From contig JBIKSY010000001.1 of NCBI GenBank assembly GCA_044348365.1, forward strand, positions 9,225 to 73,224: 64,000 nucleotides of DNA, read 5' to 3'. The notes under the pieces are model-generated. The model made no database searches, was not told where the DNA came from, and saw only the letters and a program-made list of their open reading frames with translations. Origin of the DNA: Chthoniobacteraceae bacterium (GTDB lineage Bacteria > Verrucomicrobiota > Verrucomicrobiia > Chthoniobacterales > Chthoniobacteraceae). The position numbers and the translations under genes were made by a program. This document shows positions 45,869 through 55,300 of the stretch, in pieces (the first letter of the stretch is position 1; each line of letters begins with the position of its first letter).

Positions 45869-47692
45869 TCATTTGCCGGCTGCCTGTTTCGCGATTTCAG
45901 CCGCAAAAACGGGCTTTCCGCCCAGCCATGTTTTGAGGACGCGCGTGTCCGCGAGGCGCTCAAGGGAACAATTGAGCACGTCCCGGTCTAGCAGCACTAG
46001 GTCGGCAAACTTGCCGGGCTCCAGCGAGCCGGCTTCTTTCTCAAGCAGCAAGATTCGGGCATTGTTGATTGTAAACATCCGTATCGCCTCCTCCCGGGAC
46101 AGTCCGCCCTCGGGATGGAGCGGACCTTCCAGCGAGCGGCATTGTCGGGATACTGCGATCCACATGCCCAGCCAGGGGTTGTAGGGATTGATGGAACGCA
46201 GGCTGCCGATTTTCTGCATATGGTCGCTGCCGCCGCCCACGGGTACCCCGGCGTCAAAAAGGGCACGGAGCGGTTGGAACCTCGAGAGGCGCTCCAAGCC
46301 GAACTGCTTGAGCAGCGTGGCGCCGTCGAGGTGGAACCAGATCGGCTGCAGGTCGATGACGGCCCCGAGGCGCGCCGCCTTTGCGACACTGTCCGGACTC
46401 ATGAAGTTGCAGTGCGTGATGCACGGCCGGGTCTCGCGCAACGGCAGTTCGCGGCCGACCTCCTCATAGGCCCCCAGCAGGGTGGCCACCGCCGCGTCTC
46501 CAACGCTGTGCGCCGTAAACTGCATGCCCTTGGAGGCCACCGCGCGCACCATGCGCACCAGCGTTTCGGTGGGTATTTGTTGGACGCCGCGGTACTCCGG
46601 GTCGCTGATGCCATACATTTTGCTGACGCCCCAAGGCTGTTCCATGAAGGCGCTGCCAGTCAGCATGCCGCCGTCGAGCCACACCTTGGTGCCGATGATC
46701 TGGAGCATCGGGTCGGGCTTGCGCAGCGGGTGGGCGGCGATCTCCTCGATGGCCAACTCGGTCGTGCGCCACTGGGCGCCGGTGGAAAACGTGTGCGACA
46801 GGCGCAGCCTGACGCTTAGCGAACCGTTGTCCCTGAGTTTAGAGTAGATCGCTATGTTTCCCTTGGTCGCGCCCCGGTCGGCGATGGTCGTAAACCCAAC
46901 GCTGTTGTAGTCGGCAAACAGCTTGCGCACCAGTTCCAGCGTCTCGGCCGCGTCCGGACTTTTGCGCGGAGCCGGCGCGTTGATCTTGGGGGAAAAGGTG
47001 CGTACCAGCCCCGTCGGGGCGCCGTGCTCATCCCGCTCAACCCTGCCGGGACTGCCCTTTGGTAGGGTAAACTTCGAGTCGATGCCGGCCAGTTGCAGCG
47101 CCAGGGAATTCAACATGGTGTCCGGCCCCGTTCGGAAAGCGACGGGATGCCGTGGCGCGACGCGGTCGAGTTCCTCCTTGGTCGGGTAGCGCTGCTCCCG
47201 CAGGCGCGTGATGAAAACCTGGCTGACTCCGATGAGCGACCCCTCGGGCACGACCCGGGTTCTATCTGTAATGTACTGGAGCAGGGACGCAATGTCGCCG
47301 ATGTCCGGAATGGGATGGTCAAACTCAGTTGTGGCCGCCCCCACCGGATGGCTGTGCGAGTCCATGAGCCCGGGCAGGACCATCGCCCCCTTGAGATCGA
47401 CCAGCTCGGTGGCACCATCCTTGAGCGAGAGCACGTCCTGATTGCTTCCCACGGCCGTCACCCGGTCCCCAGTCACCGCGATGGCTTCCGCAATGGAAAA
47501 GCGCTCGTCCACCGTGACGACCCTCCCGTGGTGGAGGATCAACGAGGGCGCAGCCATGGCACTCGCGGCGGAAAGAAAAAGCGCGGCAAAGATCTGTGCT
47601 GCAAAACCGGGAACGGCGGCGCCAGCGAAGCGGACGCCGCTCCGTTCATGGGGAAGGATGGAGATGCACATTTTTCGGGGGGGTGGCGGCAT
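45869..47692 (-). CDS. amidohydrolase family metallo-hydrolase (Amidohydro_3-like), secreted
   Basis: Signal-like N-terminus. HxH metal motif GLMDSHSHP. Long TIM-barrel body with late GGGSDH. Start codon uncertain (47692 or 47671). Confidence 0.75.
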   Translation of the reverse strand: MPPPPRKMCISILPHERSGVRFAGAAVPGFAAQIFAALFLSAASAMAAPSLILHHGRVVTVDERFSIAEAIAVTGDRVTAVGSNQDVLSLKDGATELVDLKGAMVLPGLMDSHSHPVGAATTEFDHPIPDIGDIASLLQYITDRTRVVPEGSLIGVSQVFITRLREQRYPTKEELDRVAPRHPVAFRTGPDTMLNSLALQLAGIDSKFTLPKGSPGRVERDEHGAPTGLVRTFSPKINAPAPRKSPDAAETLELVRKLFADYNSVGFTTIADRGATKGNIAIYSKLRDNGSLSVRLRLSHTFSTGAQWRTTELAIEEIAAHPLRKPDPMLQIIGTKVWLDGGMLTGSAFMEQPWGVSKMYGISDPEYRGVQQIPTETLVRMVRAVASKGMQFTAHSVGDAAVATLLGAYEEVGRELPLRETRPCITHCNFMSPDSVAKAARLGAVIDLQPIWFHLDGATLLKQFGLERLSRFQPLRALFDAGVPVGGGSDHMQKIGSLRSINPYNPWLGMWIAVSRQCRSLEGPLHPEGGLSREEAIRMFTINNARILLLEKEAGSLEPGKFADLVLLDRDVLNCSLERLADTRVLKTWLGGKPVFAAEIAKQAAGK

Positions 47693-47773
47693 GTGAGCCG
47701 GAAGCCTCCCAACCTGTCGAGCCTATTGCGGCGCATCGGCTTTCGCACGGGCCGGGCGCCCGGACTCCGGGAT

Positions 47774-48076
47774 TCAGGCGCGGATGTTGAGCACCGCGCC
47801 TGCCATCTTGTCGGCGGTGCGCAGGGAGACCGCATTGGCCTTGAATGCGTACACGGAAAGCAACCGGTCGATGGCGTCGCCGACGGGGTCCGCGCCGGCT
47901 CCTGAGGAGAACGCCTTCGCCTGAACACCACCGGATTGCAGCTCGCTTTGGTTGACGACGAGCCGACGGGTGTCCTCCGTGAGCAGGTTTGCAGTGTTGT
48001 GTGCCGCAGCGTTTTGGCGAACCACCGCCGCCTTCATGCCCGAGGCCGCCAGATTGTAAACGGAGGAGATGGTCAC
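47774..48076 (-). CDS. 100-aa flagellar rod (FlgC/FlgB)-like mini protein
   Basis: N-terminal rod motif LAASGMKAAVVRQNAAAHNTANLLT. C-terminal rod motif DAIDRLLSVYAFKANAVSLRTADKMAGAVLNI. The central region present in canonical FlgC is absent. Confidence 0.5.
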   Translation of the reverse strand: MTISSVYNLAASGMKAAVVRQNAAAHNTANLLTEDTRRLVVNQSELQSGGVQAKAFSSGAGADPVGDAIDRLLSVYAFKANAVSLRTADKMAGAVLNIRA

Positions 48077-48144
48077 TGTCTTGGGGGCCGGTGTAGTCGG
48101 TGGGATCCGGAGATCCCCAGAGGCAAGGTGTCCCTAGGTTGAGA

Positions 48145-48219
48145 TGGTGCGCGGTGCAGGGTTTGAACCTGCGACTTCTTGCGTGTGAAGCAAGCGCTCT
48201 ACCGCTGAGCTAACCGCGC
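48145..48219 (-). tRNA. tRNA-Val (anticodon CAC), CCA encoded
   Basis: Folded by hand. Acceptor GCGCGGT/ACCGCGC, D stem GCTC/GAGC, anticodon stem CTTGC/GCAAG with loop TTCACAC, 5-nt variable loop, T stem GCAGG/CCTGC with loop TTCAAAC, discriminator A, then CCA. 75 nt. Confidence 0.9.
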
Positions 48220-48314
48220 AACTGAGGGCTCAATTTAGTCAGCGAAGGACCGTTTACCAGTAAAAACTCGGCTGTCGCAACCTGCAGGCACCCCCTGCCA
48301 CCTCCGAGGCTGGC

Positions 48315-48611
48315 TTGGAGGATTTGCTGCACGCTGTTCTGGCAAGGGGCCGTGCGGGTGCCCACACCGTTTTCATGGCGGTGCCGACGATCTACGTGAA
48401 GCGCATCCAGGCCATCCAACCGTTGGAGGGCGCCCAGCGCGCACGCCTCATCGCGGGGTTCCACAAAATGCGGCTGATGGTCTCCGGCAGTGCCGCGCGG
48501 CCTGCGAGTGTGCACCACCAGTTCAGGAGGCACTTGCCCGGGGCGTTCAGGTCGCGTGAAACACTTGTGGCTGCGGTGAACCAAAGGCGGACAGCGGACC
48601 TCATTGATTGA
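48315..48611 (+). pseudogene. internal fragment of an AMP-dependent synthetase/ligase (acyl-CoA synthetase-like)
   Basis: TVFMAVPTIYVKRIQ...MRLMVSGSAARPASV resembles the central region of the adenylate-forming family (T.F.GVPT.Y..L....RL..SGSA.L). There is no N-terminal AMP-binding motif or C-terminal domain. The frame decays after about residue 70. Confidence 0.4.
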
Positions 48612-48768
48612 GGCCGCCGGCGCCCTTACTTCCCTTCTGCATGCGACAGCGGTCGCTGCAAAACTTTACCTGTTCCCAAACGCGCTCCCATTTTTTCCGC
48701 CATGTGAAGGGGCGGCCACAGATGGCGCAAAGCTTTGAGGGCAGGTGCTGTTTCTTGACGCCTTTCAT
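48601..48768 (-). CDS. DUF2256 small zinc-ribbon protein
   Basis: Start at [42 protein letters not shown]. The CxxC...CxxRC pattern and length (55 aa) are typical of DUF2256. Confidence 0.7.
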   Translation of the reverse strand: MKGVKKQHLPSKLCAICGRPFTWRKKWERVWEQVKFCSDRCRMQKGSKGAGGLNQ

Positions 48769-48811
48769 CAGTTTAGAGACGGAGCCTTCGGCGCAGGCGA
48801 GCCAGGTGCGC

Positions 48812-49600
48812 TCATCGCACGAAGTCCTTCGGTACGCGCTCCAGCGGAAAAATGGTGACGTCCACCCCACGCGACATGAGCACGTGGTCGGGCGGCCGCC
48901 CTGTGGGGGCGAAGCCGTTCAGCGGCAGCAGATTCTCATCCCACACTGCAAGGTCCGCGTGACAGAGATTGTAAGGAGCGTGGAAAACGGCGCCGCGCCG
49001 GAGGCCATCTGGCGCGCTGGAATAAAGACGGTAACGTTCCACCAGAAAGAACTCCAAAGAGCCGGGCCCGGGCTCCGGCACACTCGCACCGGGTGCGTAA
49101 TCAAACACGCAACGCGTGCCGCTAGCCCGGGCGCCTGTACGCACCGATTCGTAGCGGATGCGCCCACCCGCGGAGCGGCTCAATTGCGTCACCGCATGCT
49201 CGTAGGGGAGGTGGAAAAAGCGCCGCGCGATTTTCACCGCGAGCCACTGATCCGCATCGAGCGAATAGAACCACACCCCCGGAACTCCATTCCGATCATG
49301 GACATAGGTTCGCAGATTCATCTCCATGAAATTCGAGAGCCCCGGCACCGCGGGTAAAAAGCGCGGACGGATGTTGCGCATCAAAAACGGCACGACACCG
49401 AGATACGCCTTGCCCCCGAAAGTATCGACAAACAACCCGTCTGGCAGAGTGGCTTGTATCGCCTCAACGGAATATTCCCAGTGGAGGAAAAGCAGTTCTT
49501 GCCATTGCTGATACATCACGGGCCCCCCCGTTGGGCGCAGCCGCGCAGCGAGACGTTGCGTTTCGCTTGGAACGGCCGCGGGTCTGTCAGCGGCGTTCAT
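48812..49600 (-). CDS. DUF2071 (YqjF-like) protein
   Basis: [11 protein letters not shown]..., GVVPFLM..., and [11 protein letters not shown] are typical DUF2071 blocks. Start taken at MNAADRP (49600). Confidence 0.7.
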   Translation of the reverse strand: MNAADRPAAVPSETQRLAARLRPTGGPVMYQQWQELLFLHWEYSVEAIQATLPDGLFVDTFGGKAYLGVVPFLMRNIRPRFLPAVPGLSNFMEMNLRTYVHDRNGVPGVWFYSLDADQWLAVKIARRFFHLPYEHAVTQLSRSAGGRIRYESVRTGARASGTRCVFDYAPGASVPEPGPGSLEFFLVERYRLYSSAPDGLRRGAVFHAPYNLCHADLAVWDENLLPLNGFAPTGRPPDHVLMSRGVDVTIFPLERVPKDFVR

Positions 49601-49833
49601 CCTCGGAGGTCTGGAAGGAAACGAACGAGTACAAAGATCATGTGGTATACAGTGGGCAAAGTATGTTGCGCTTTCTTTTCTGTGCGCTGCAACGGCTCTG
49701 GAACCTAGTTTGTAGTGCACTCAGAGACAAGACCCCCGGCAATGAAACAAGTCCGGCCTCCGGCCCCGCCGCAAGGGCATCCCCTTGGATTTTACTGGAA
49801 GCCGGCCATCGACGCCTGTTTGCATTTCACATT

Positions 49834-52800
49834 GTGAATCCCCGTCCCTTCCAGTCTTCCGCCGCCGACCGGACAATCGCAGCCTGCACACTCTCCGTGT
49901 TGGCGGCGTTGGGGTTCCTTCCGTCCGCGGCGGCCTTGGAAAATGCGCCGCCACCTGCCGAAGGATGGTCCTCCGTCCAGCCAGCTCTCCGGAACAGCTG
50001 TTACGAATGCCATGGCAATGGGAAGTCCAAGGGCGGGGTGGATCTGCAGCGGTTGGAGAAAGACCCCGCCTTCGCCACCGAGTTCGAGCTCTGGAGCAAG
50101 GTGGAGGCGACCTTGCGTTCGGGTGAAATGCCGCCAGACGACGCCAAAAAGCCTCTCGCAGACGAGCACCGCAAGCGACTGAGCGCCTCGCTGGCGTCCA
50201 ATCTCCGCGCAGTCATCCTCGCCAACGCATGCGATCCGGGCCCGGTCACGCTTCGGCGGCTGAGCAATTCCGAATACGACTGCACCGTGCGGGACCTCAC
50301 CGGCGTGGACTTCCAACTCAGCAGGGAGTTCACTCCGGACGCTGGCGGCGGCGAGGGCTTTTCCAATTTGGGTGACGTGCTTTTTCTCAACCCACAGCAC
50401 CTTAACACCTACTTCAGTGCCGCGCGCAAACTTGCCGACCACGCCGAAATCACCCCGGGTTCCGGCATCCGTTTCAGCGCCCTGCGCGTCGGCCCGCGCG
50501 GTCCCTCCCAACTGAAGTCGGGCACCGAGGCCACGCTCTACCGGTGGTATCAGGAGAAGTCGACCCCCTACCTCCCCAAAGACGACGAAGACCTGCGCGA
50601 AGCCGATTACATGCTGGCCTGCTGGCAGTGGAAACACCGCGCAATGACCGGGGCCGCATCTCTGCAGCAACTCGCAACGCAGCAAGGCCTGAAGCCGGCC
50701 TTTTTAGAAAACTGGTGGGCTGTCCTTGAATCGGCCGAACCCAAATCCCGCTTTTTGGATCTCACCCGCCTGCCCTGGCGCGCCCTGGCCGCGCCGGATC
50801 CCGCAAACCCCAAGGCCGTTCCAGAGGGCGTCAAAACGGCCATTTCGGAAATTCAGACCCAGCGGCGCGCCTGGCTGCTCCCACGAAACTGGCCCGTCCA
50901 ACGCGCCCAGCAGGACGCCGACGGCCTGCGCCCCTATCCCTTGGAAACGGCGCTGGCAGGACAAGATGCGGTGCATCTCGTCCTCGGCGACACCGGCGAC
51001 GGCAACAAGGGCGACTGGGTGTTTTTCGAGGGGCTCGAAATCCAGCGAGGGGGCAAGTTTGGCAGCTACCTGGAGTGGCTCGAAGGCCGCCAAAAGGAGG
51101 ACGAGGCGCTGTTGGCTCAGGACGAGGCGGTGCTGGCCGCAAAAGGCGTGTCGCGGGCGGAGCTGCAGAAGCGGGTGGGGGAAGCCGGTGCCCTTCTTTC
51201 CGGACTGGGCAAGCACCCCCGCCAGCTGCCGATTGATTCAAGAGCGCTCCTCGTGCAGGCGCCCCTTGTCCTGACGCTGCCCATGCCCAAGGAGGCGCAG
51301 CGCTTCCGCGCCAAGGGCCGACTGGACCTCGCCCATCCAGATGCCGAGTTTGCCACGGCGCAGTGGCTTGCGACGACGGCGCCGCCGCCCGACCCCGCCC
51401 GCATCATTCCGGGCGTGCTGACCGTGTGGAAGCGGCAGACGCAGGCCCAGCGCTCCACCATGGACGACTTCAACAAGATGAAGAGCGTCTTTCCCGACTC
51501 ACTCGAACGCCGGCTCGAGGAGGTCGCCAAAAACTTCCACCGCGGCGGCACGGGCCCCGGAGTCTATTTCCTCAACGACACGCAGCTGCGCCCGCTTCTG
51601 CCTCCGGCGGAAACCGAGAGGATGACCCGGCTCCTCGAGGACTGGCGGTTTGTTCGGGTGCCCAACCCACAGCCGAAACTTTTGACGGAATGGGACAGCG
51701 CACTTCTGGCCCACCTTGATGTTTTCGCCGCACGGGCGTGGCGCCGTCCTCTTTCTGAGGCGGAGCGGCTCAACCTCAAGCAGGTCTACCAGGCCGGGAT
51801 AACAGCGGAACTCGACCGCGAATCCGCGGCGCGCGAGGTGTTGGTCCGCGTGCTGGTCGCTCCGGATTTTCTCTTCAAACTCGAACAAAACCAGGGGCCG
51901 CCGGTGCACCCGGTCACCGCTTGGGAACTGGCTTCCCGGCTGAGTTTCATGCTCTGGTCCTCCGTCCCGGACGAGACACTGGCCCGGGAGGCGGCCTCGG
52001 GCGAACTGCTCAAACCTGGAGGTCTCAAGGCCGCCGCGAGCCGCATGCTGCGGGACGAACGCGCCGGAGCGCTTGCCCGGGAGTTCGCCGCCCAATGGCT
52101 GGAGTTCCACCACTTTGACGCCCACTCCAAGGTCGACACCGGCAGGTTTCCGGAGTTTACGCCCGCACTTCGCGCCGACTTCCACAACGAGGCGGTCGCC
52201 TTTTTCTCGCACATCGTGCGCAACGACCGGCCGGTCCGCGAAATCCTTTCGGCCGGGTACACCTTCCTCAACGGTCGGCTCTCCAAGCATTACGGCATCG
52301 CGGGTGTGGAAGGGGACGCCTTCGTGCAAACAGACGTTTCCCAACACGGCCGCGGAGGGATTCTGGGCATGGGCGCGCTGCTTACCAAAACCTCTTATCC
52401 CCACCGCACCAGTCCGGTGCTGCGCGGCAACTGGCTGCTCCAGGCCGTCTTGGGCACGCGCATCCCGCCGCCGCCAAACGACGTGCCCAAGCTCGACGAA
52501 AGCGTGGCCTCCGCAAAATCGCTCCGCGAACGGCTCGAACGGCACCGCGCCGACAAGGCCTGTGCCTCTTGCCACGACAAGATGGATCCGCTCGGCTTCG
52601 CGCTGGAGGCCTTCGACCCGATCGGCAGGTTCCGCACCCAGGACGAGGCGGGGATCGCCGTCGACACATCCGCCAAGACCCGCGACGGGCAGACCTTCGA
52701 AGGGGTCGGCGGCCTTCGCTCTTACCTGGCCACCCGTGACGCGGAGTTTCTTGCAGTCTTCTGTCGCAAGCTTTTGGGCTACTCGCTCGGACGCGTCATC

Positions 52801-52926
52801 CTACCCACCGACCAGCCGCTGCTTGATGCCATGAAGCTCAGGCTCCAGAAAGAAGACGGCACGTTTTCCACCGCCTTGCTCTCCATTGTCGAGAGCAGAC
52901 AGTTCACCCAGAGGCGCAACGATTAA
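49834..52926 (+). CDS. PSCyt1 cytochrome-c-like + DUF1587/DUF1592/DUF1595/DUF1588/DUF1585 multidomain protein
   Basis: CxxCH site in RNSCYECHGNGKSKGGVDL. A second CASCH near the C-terminus (HRADKACASCHDKMDPLGFALE, the DUF1588/1585 hallmark). SNSEYDCTVRDLTG (DUF1587). Start uncertain: GTG 49834 before the signal-like TIAACTLSVLAALGFLPSAAA, or upstream ATG 49663. Confidence 0.8.
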   Translation: MNPRPFQSSAADRTIAACTLSVLAALGFLPSAAALENAPPPAEGWSSVQPALRNSCYECHGNGKSKGGVDLQRLEKDPAFATEFELWSKVEATLRSGEMPPDDAKKPLADEHRKRLSASLASNLRAVILANACDPGPVTLRRLSNSEYDCTVRDLTGVDFQLSREFTPDAGGGEGFSNLGDVLFLNPQHLNTYFSAARKLADHAEITPGSGIRFSALRVGPRGPSQLKSGTEATLYRWYQEKSTPYLPKDDEDLREADYMLACWQWKHRAMTGAASLQQLATQQGLKPAFLENWWAVLESAEPKSRFLDLTRLPWRALAAPDPANPKAVPEGVKTAISEIQTQRRAWLLPRNWPVQRAQQDADGLRPYPLETALAGQDAVHLVLGDTGDGNKGDWVFFEGLEIQRGGKFGSYLEWLEGRQKEDEALLAQDEAVLAAKGVSRAELQKRVGEAGALLSGLGKHPRQLPIDSRALLVQAPLVLTLPMPKEAQRFRAKGRLDLAHPDAEFATAQWLATTAPPPDPARIIPGVLTVWKRQTQAQRSTMDDFNKMKSVFPDSLERRLEEVAKNFHRGGTGPGVYFLNDTQLRPLLPPAETERMTRLLEDWRFVRVPNPQPKLLTEWDSALLAHLDVFAARAWRRPLSEAERLNLKQVYQAGITAELDRESAAREVLVRVLVAPDFLFKLEQNQGPPVHPVTAWELASRLSFMLWSSVPDETLAREAASGELLKPGGLKAAASRMLRDERAGALAREFAAQWLEFHHFDAHSKVDTGRFPEFTPALRADFHNEAVAFFSHIVRNDRPVREILSAGYTFLNGRLSKHYGIAGVEGDAFVQTDVSQHGRGGILGMGALLTKTSYPHRTSPVLRGNWLLQAVLGTRIPPPPNDVPKLDESVASAKSLRERLERHRADKACASCHDKMDPLGFALEAFDPIGRFRTQDEAGIAVDTSAKTRDGQTFEGVGGLRSYLATRDAEFLAVFCRKLLGYSLGRVILPTDQPLLDAMKLRLQKEDGTFSTALLSIVESRQFTQRRND

Positions 52927-52937
52927 CCTCCAGCACC

Positions 52938-54311
52938 ATGCCCAACCCCTCACATTCTTCTCAGGCCGTCGGCTCACTTTCCCGCAGGCACTTTCTGCGC
53001 GGTGCTGGTGTGGCCCTCGGCCTTCCGTGGTTTGAATCCATGAACGCGTGGGGGCAGTCCCTCGCCGGCAACCAGGCGGCAAAGCCCTCAGCCGCCCCGC
53101 GCCGGATGGCGGCTCTTTTCATGGGCAACGGAGTCAACCCCCACCACTGGGGCGCGGAACCTGACGGCGCCGGCATGCGCCTCAAGGATTCACTGCGCCC
53201 GCTCGAGCCCTTCAAGGACCGGTTGCTTGTGTTTCAGGGGCTGTGGAATCCAACAACCGTGGAGGGGCCCGGGGGGCACTTCCCGAAGATGAACGTGTTG
53301 GCCGGAGTGAAGGTCAAGCAGACCACGACCGACGTCGAGGTCGGCGTCACAGTGGACCAGATGATCGCCCGGGAGGTCGGCAAACACACCCCCGTCCAGA
53401 GCCTCACCCTCGGCACTGAGGGACCGGGTTACTCCACCGACAGCGGCTACACCTCCCTTTACTCCGCCTATATTTCTTGGGCCTCGCCCACCGCCCCGGC
53501 CCCCAAGGAAATCTACCCCCAGCAGGCCTTTGACCAACTCTTTGACGATGGTAGCAAACGCCGCCGCGACAGGAGCATCCTCGACCTGGTCCGGGGCGAC
53601 GCGCAGGGTCTTTCCAAAAACCTCAGCCGCCGCGATAACCTCAAACTCCAGGAATACCTGACCTCGGTGCGCGAGCTCGAACAGCGCATCGAGCGGGCGG
53701 ACGCCTTCAGCAAGCAGGAGACCGGCGGCCTCGGCTGGCAGCCCTCGGTCAAGGCGCCCACCTTTCCGCGCCCCGCCTCCGGCATCCCGGCCAACCCGGG
53801 CGAACACATGGGCCTGATGCTCGACATCCTCACGTTGGCCTTCCAGATGGACCGCACCCGCGTCGCCACGCTGATGCTTAACAACGACCTGTCCGGGATG
53901 AACTTCGGATACCTCGGCGGGATTTCCGGCGGCCTGCACGAGCTCTCGCATCACGCCAACGATCCGGCTCGGCTGGCGATGTATCAAAAGGCCAACGAGT
54001 ACCATATGCAGCTTCTGGCCGGCATGCTGGAAAAAATGCGGCAGACCAACGAGGGGGAGCGCACCCTGCTCGACAACAGCATGCTCCTTTTCTGCTCCAG
54101 CCTCATGGACGGGAACGCACACGACTCCAAACAGCTTCCGGTCCTGCTCGCGGGCGGCGGCGGCGGCTCCCTGCGCGGCGGCCGCCTGCTCGACTACAGC
54201 AAGGACCCCAACCGCCGCCTGTGCCGGTTGCACCTCGCGCTGATGGAGCGGATGGGAATGCGTCTGGACCGGTTCGGCGACGCCGACTCCGCCCTCACCG
54301 AGCTTTCCTAG
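52938..54311 (+). CDS. DUF1501 (sulfatase/phosphatase-fold-like) protein with TAT signal
   Basis: Twin-arginine leader SRRHFLRGAGVALGLPW. Conserved C-terminal ...GNAHDSKQLPVLLAGGGGG. Usual partner of the DUF1592 gene immediately upstream. Confidence 0.85.
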   Translation: MPNPSHSSQAVGSLSRRHFLRGAGVALGLPWFESMNAWGQSLAGNQAAKPSAAPRRMAALFMGNGVNPHHWGAEPDGAGMRLKDSLRPLEPFKDRLLVFQGLWNPTTVEGPGGHFPKMNVLAGVKVKQTTTDVEVGVTVDQMIAREVGKHTPVQSLTLGTEGPGYSTDSGYTSLYSAYISWASPTAPAPKEIYPQQAFDQLFDDGSKRRRDRSILDLVRGDAQGLSKNLSRRDNLKLQEYLTSVRELEQRIERADAFSKQETGGLGWQPSVKAPTFPRPASGIPANPGEHMGLMLDILTLAFQMDRTRVATLMLNNDLSGMNFGYLGGISGGLHELSHHANDPARLAMYQKANEYHMQLLAGMLEKMRQTNEGERTLLDNSMLLFCSSLMDGNAHDSKQLPVLLAGGGGGSLRGGRLLDYSKDPNRRLCRLHLALMERMGMRLDRFGDADSALTELS

Positions 54312-54368
54312 ATCCGGAGGGAGTCAAGAAGGGGTTCGGAAGGGGCCTATTGCTGCGCCCGGGGTCCG

Positions 54369-54887
54369 CTACTGTGGCGGTTTCTGCGCGCCTTCGCGCG
54401 CGGCCCCGGCGGCCTCGGCCTCGGCTTGAACGCGTTTGACGAGCTTGTTGTATTGGAGCGTCAGCGCGTTGAGTTTCTGGGTGAGGCCGTCGCGCTCGGC
54501 GGCCAGCTTTTCGATCGCTTGGTTGGCCTGTGTCACGGCGGCGTTTGATTTGAGCAGGGCTTCCTGCTGGTCCTTGAGGGCGGTGTTCTGTTTCAACACT
54601 CCCTCGCGCAGGGTTTGTGCTGCGGCCAGCGCTTCGTCGTACTGTACCTTGGCAACAGAGGCCGTCTTGATCTCGCTGAGCGTTTCGGTAAGGCGCAGAA
54701 TCTCGGCGTCCCCCGCTTTTGCGCGGGCGGAGTTTTCTTCGAGGGCCTTCCGCAGGTCCGTGTTTTCGGCCAGTTGCCGGCGGGTCAAATCGCGGAGCTG
54801 TTCCTCGCGGTTCCACTGCCAGGCGCATAGGCCGCAGAGACCCAGAAGCAGGAGCAGGAGAATCCCAAGCGGTACCGGACGGCTCAC
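54369..54887 (-). CDS. membrane-anchored coiled-coil protein, last gene of the TonB operon
   Basis: N-terminal TM (LGILLLLLLGLCGLCAW) followed by about 140 aa of heptad-rich sequence. GTG start overlaps the exbD stop (GTGA). Confidence 0.5.
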   Translation of the reverse strand: MSRPVPLGILLLLLLGLCGLCAWQWNREEQLRDLTRRQLAENTDLRKALEENSARAKAGDAEILRLTETLSEIKTASVAKVQYDEALAAAQTLREGVLKQNTALKDQQEALLKSNAAVTQANQAIEKLAAERDGLTQKLNALTLQYNKLVKRVQAEAEAAGAAREGAQKPPQ

Positions 54888-55300
54888 CGGACCTCCACGG
54901 GTTTGACGTTGAATCCGACCTTGGTGACTCCGCAGCGGCGCACGTAATCCAGCACGGCGACCATGGCGCCGTGGGGCGTGGCGGCGTCGCCGCTCAGGTA
55001 CACCGGCAGGTCCCGGTTTTGGGCGAGTTTGTCGCGGAGAAGTTGCTCGAGCTGCTCGAGGGTGACGGGCTGCTTTTCAAAAAACACGTGGCCCGCGGCG
55101 TCCACGGCGAGGCTGATGGAATCTGGCTTGAGGGAGGTCTGCGCGGAGGAGGCCGCCGGTAGGTTCACACCGACGGTGCGCTGCTTGGTCATCGTGAGGC
55201 TGACCATCATGAAGCTGGCCAGCAGGAAGAACATGATGTCGATCAACGGCACGACTTCCAGACGCGCCTTTTTGTGCGGGAGCGGGGAGACGAGCTTCAT
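54884..55300 (-). CDS. exbD: biopolymer transport protein ExbD/TolR
   Basis: 138 aa. EVVPLIDIMFFLLASFMM TM motif and periplasmic domain. ATG overlaps the exbB stop. Confidence 0.85.
   Translation of the reverse strand: MKLVSPLPHKKARLEVVPLIDIMFFLLASFMMVSLTMTKQRTVGVNLPAASSAQTSLKPDSISLAVDAAGHVFFEKQPVTLEQLEQLLRDKLAQNRDLPVYLSGDAATPHGAMVAVLDYVRRCGVTKVGFNVKPVEVR

Noticed and set aside
53190-54233. 347-aa minus-strand ORF inside the DUF1501 gene
   Set aside because: Antisense shadow ORF with no motifs. Similar ORFs lie at 49792-50685 and 51499-52575, opposite the DUF1592 gene.
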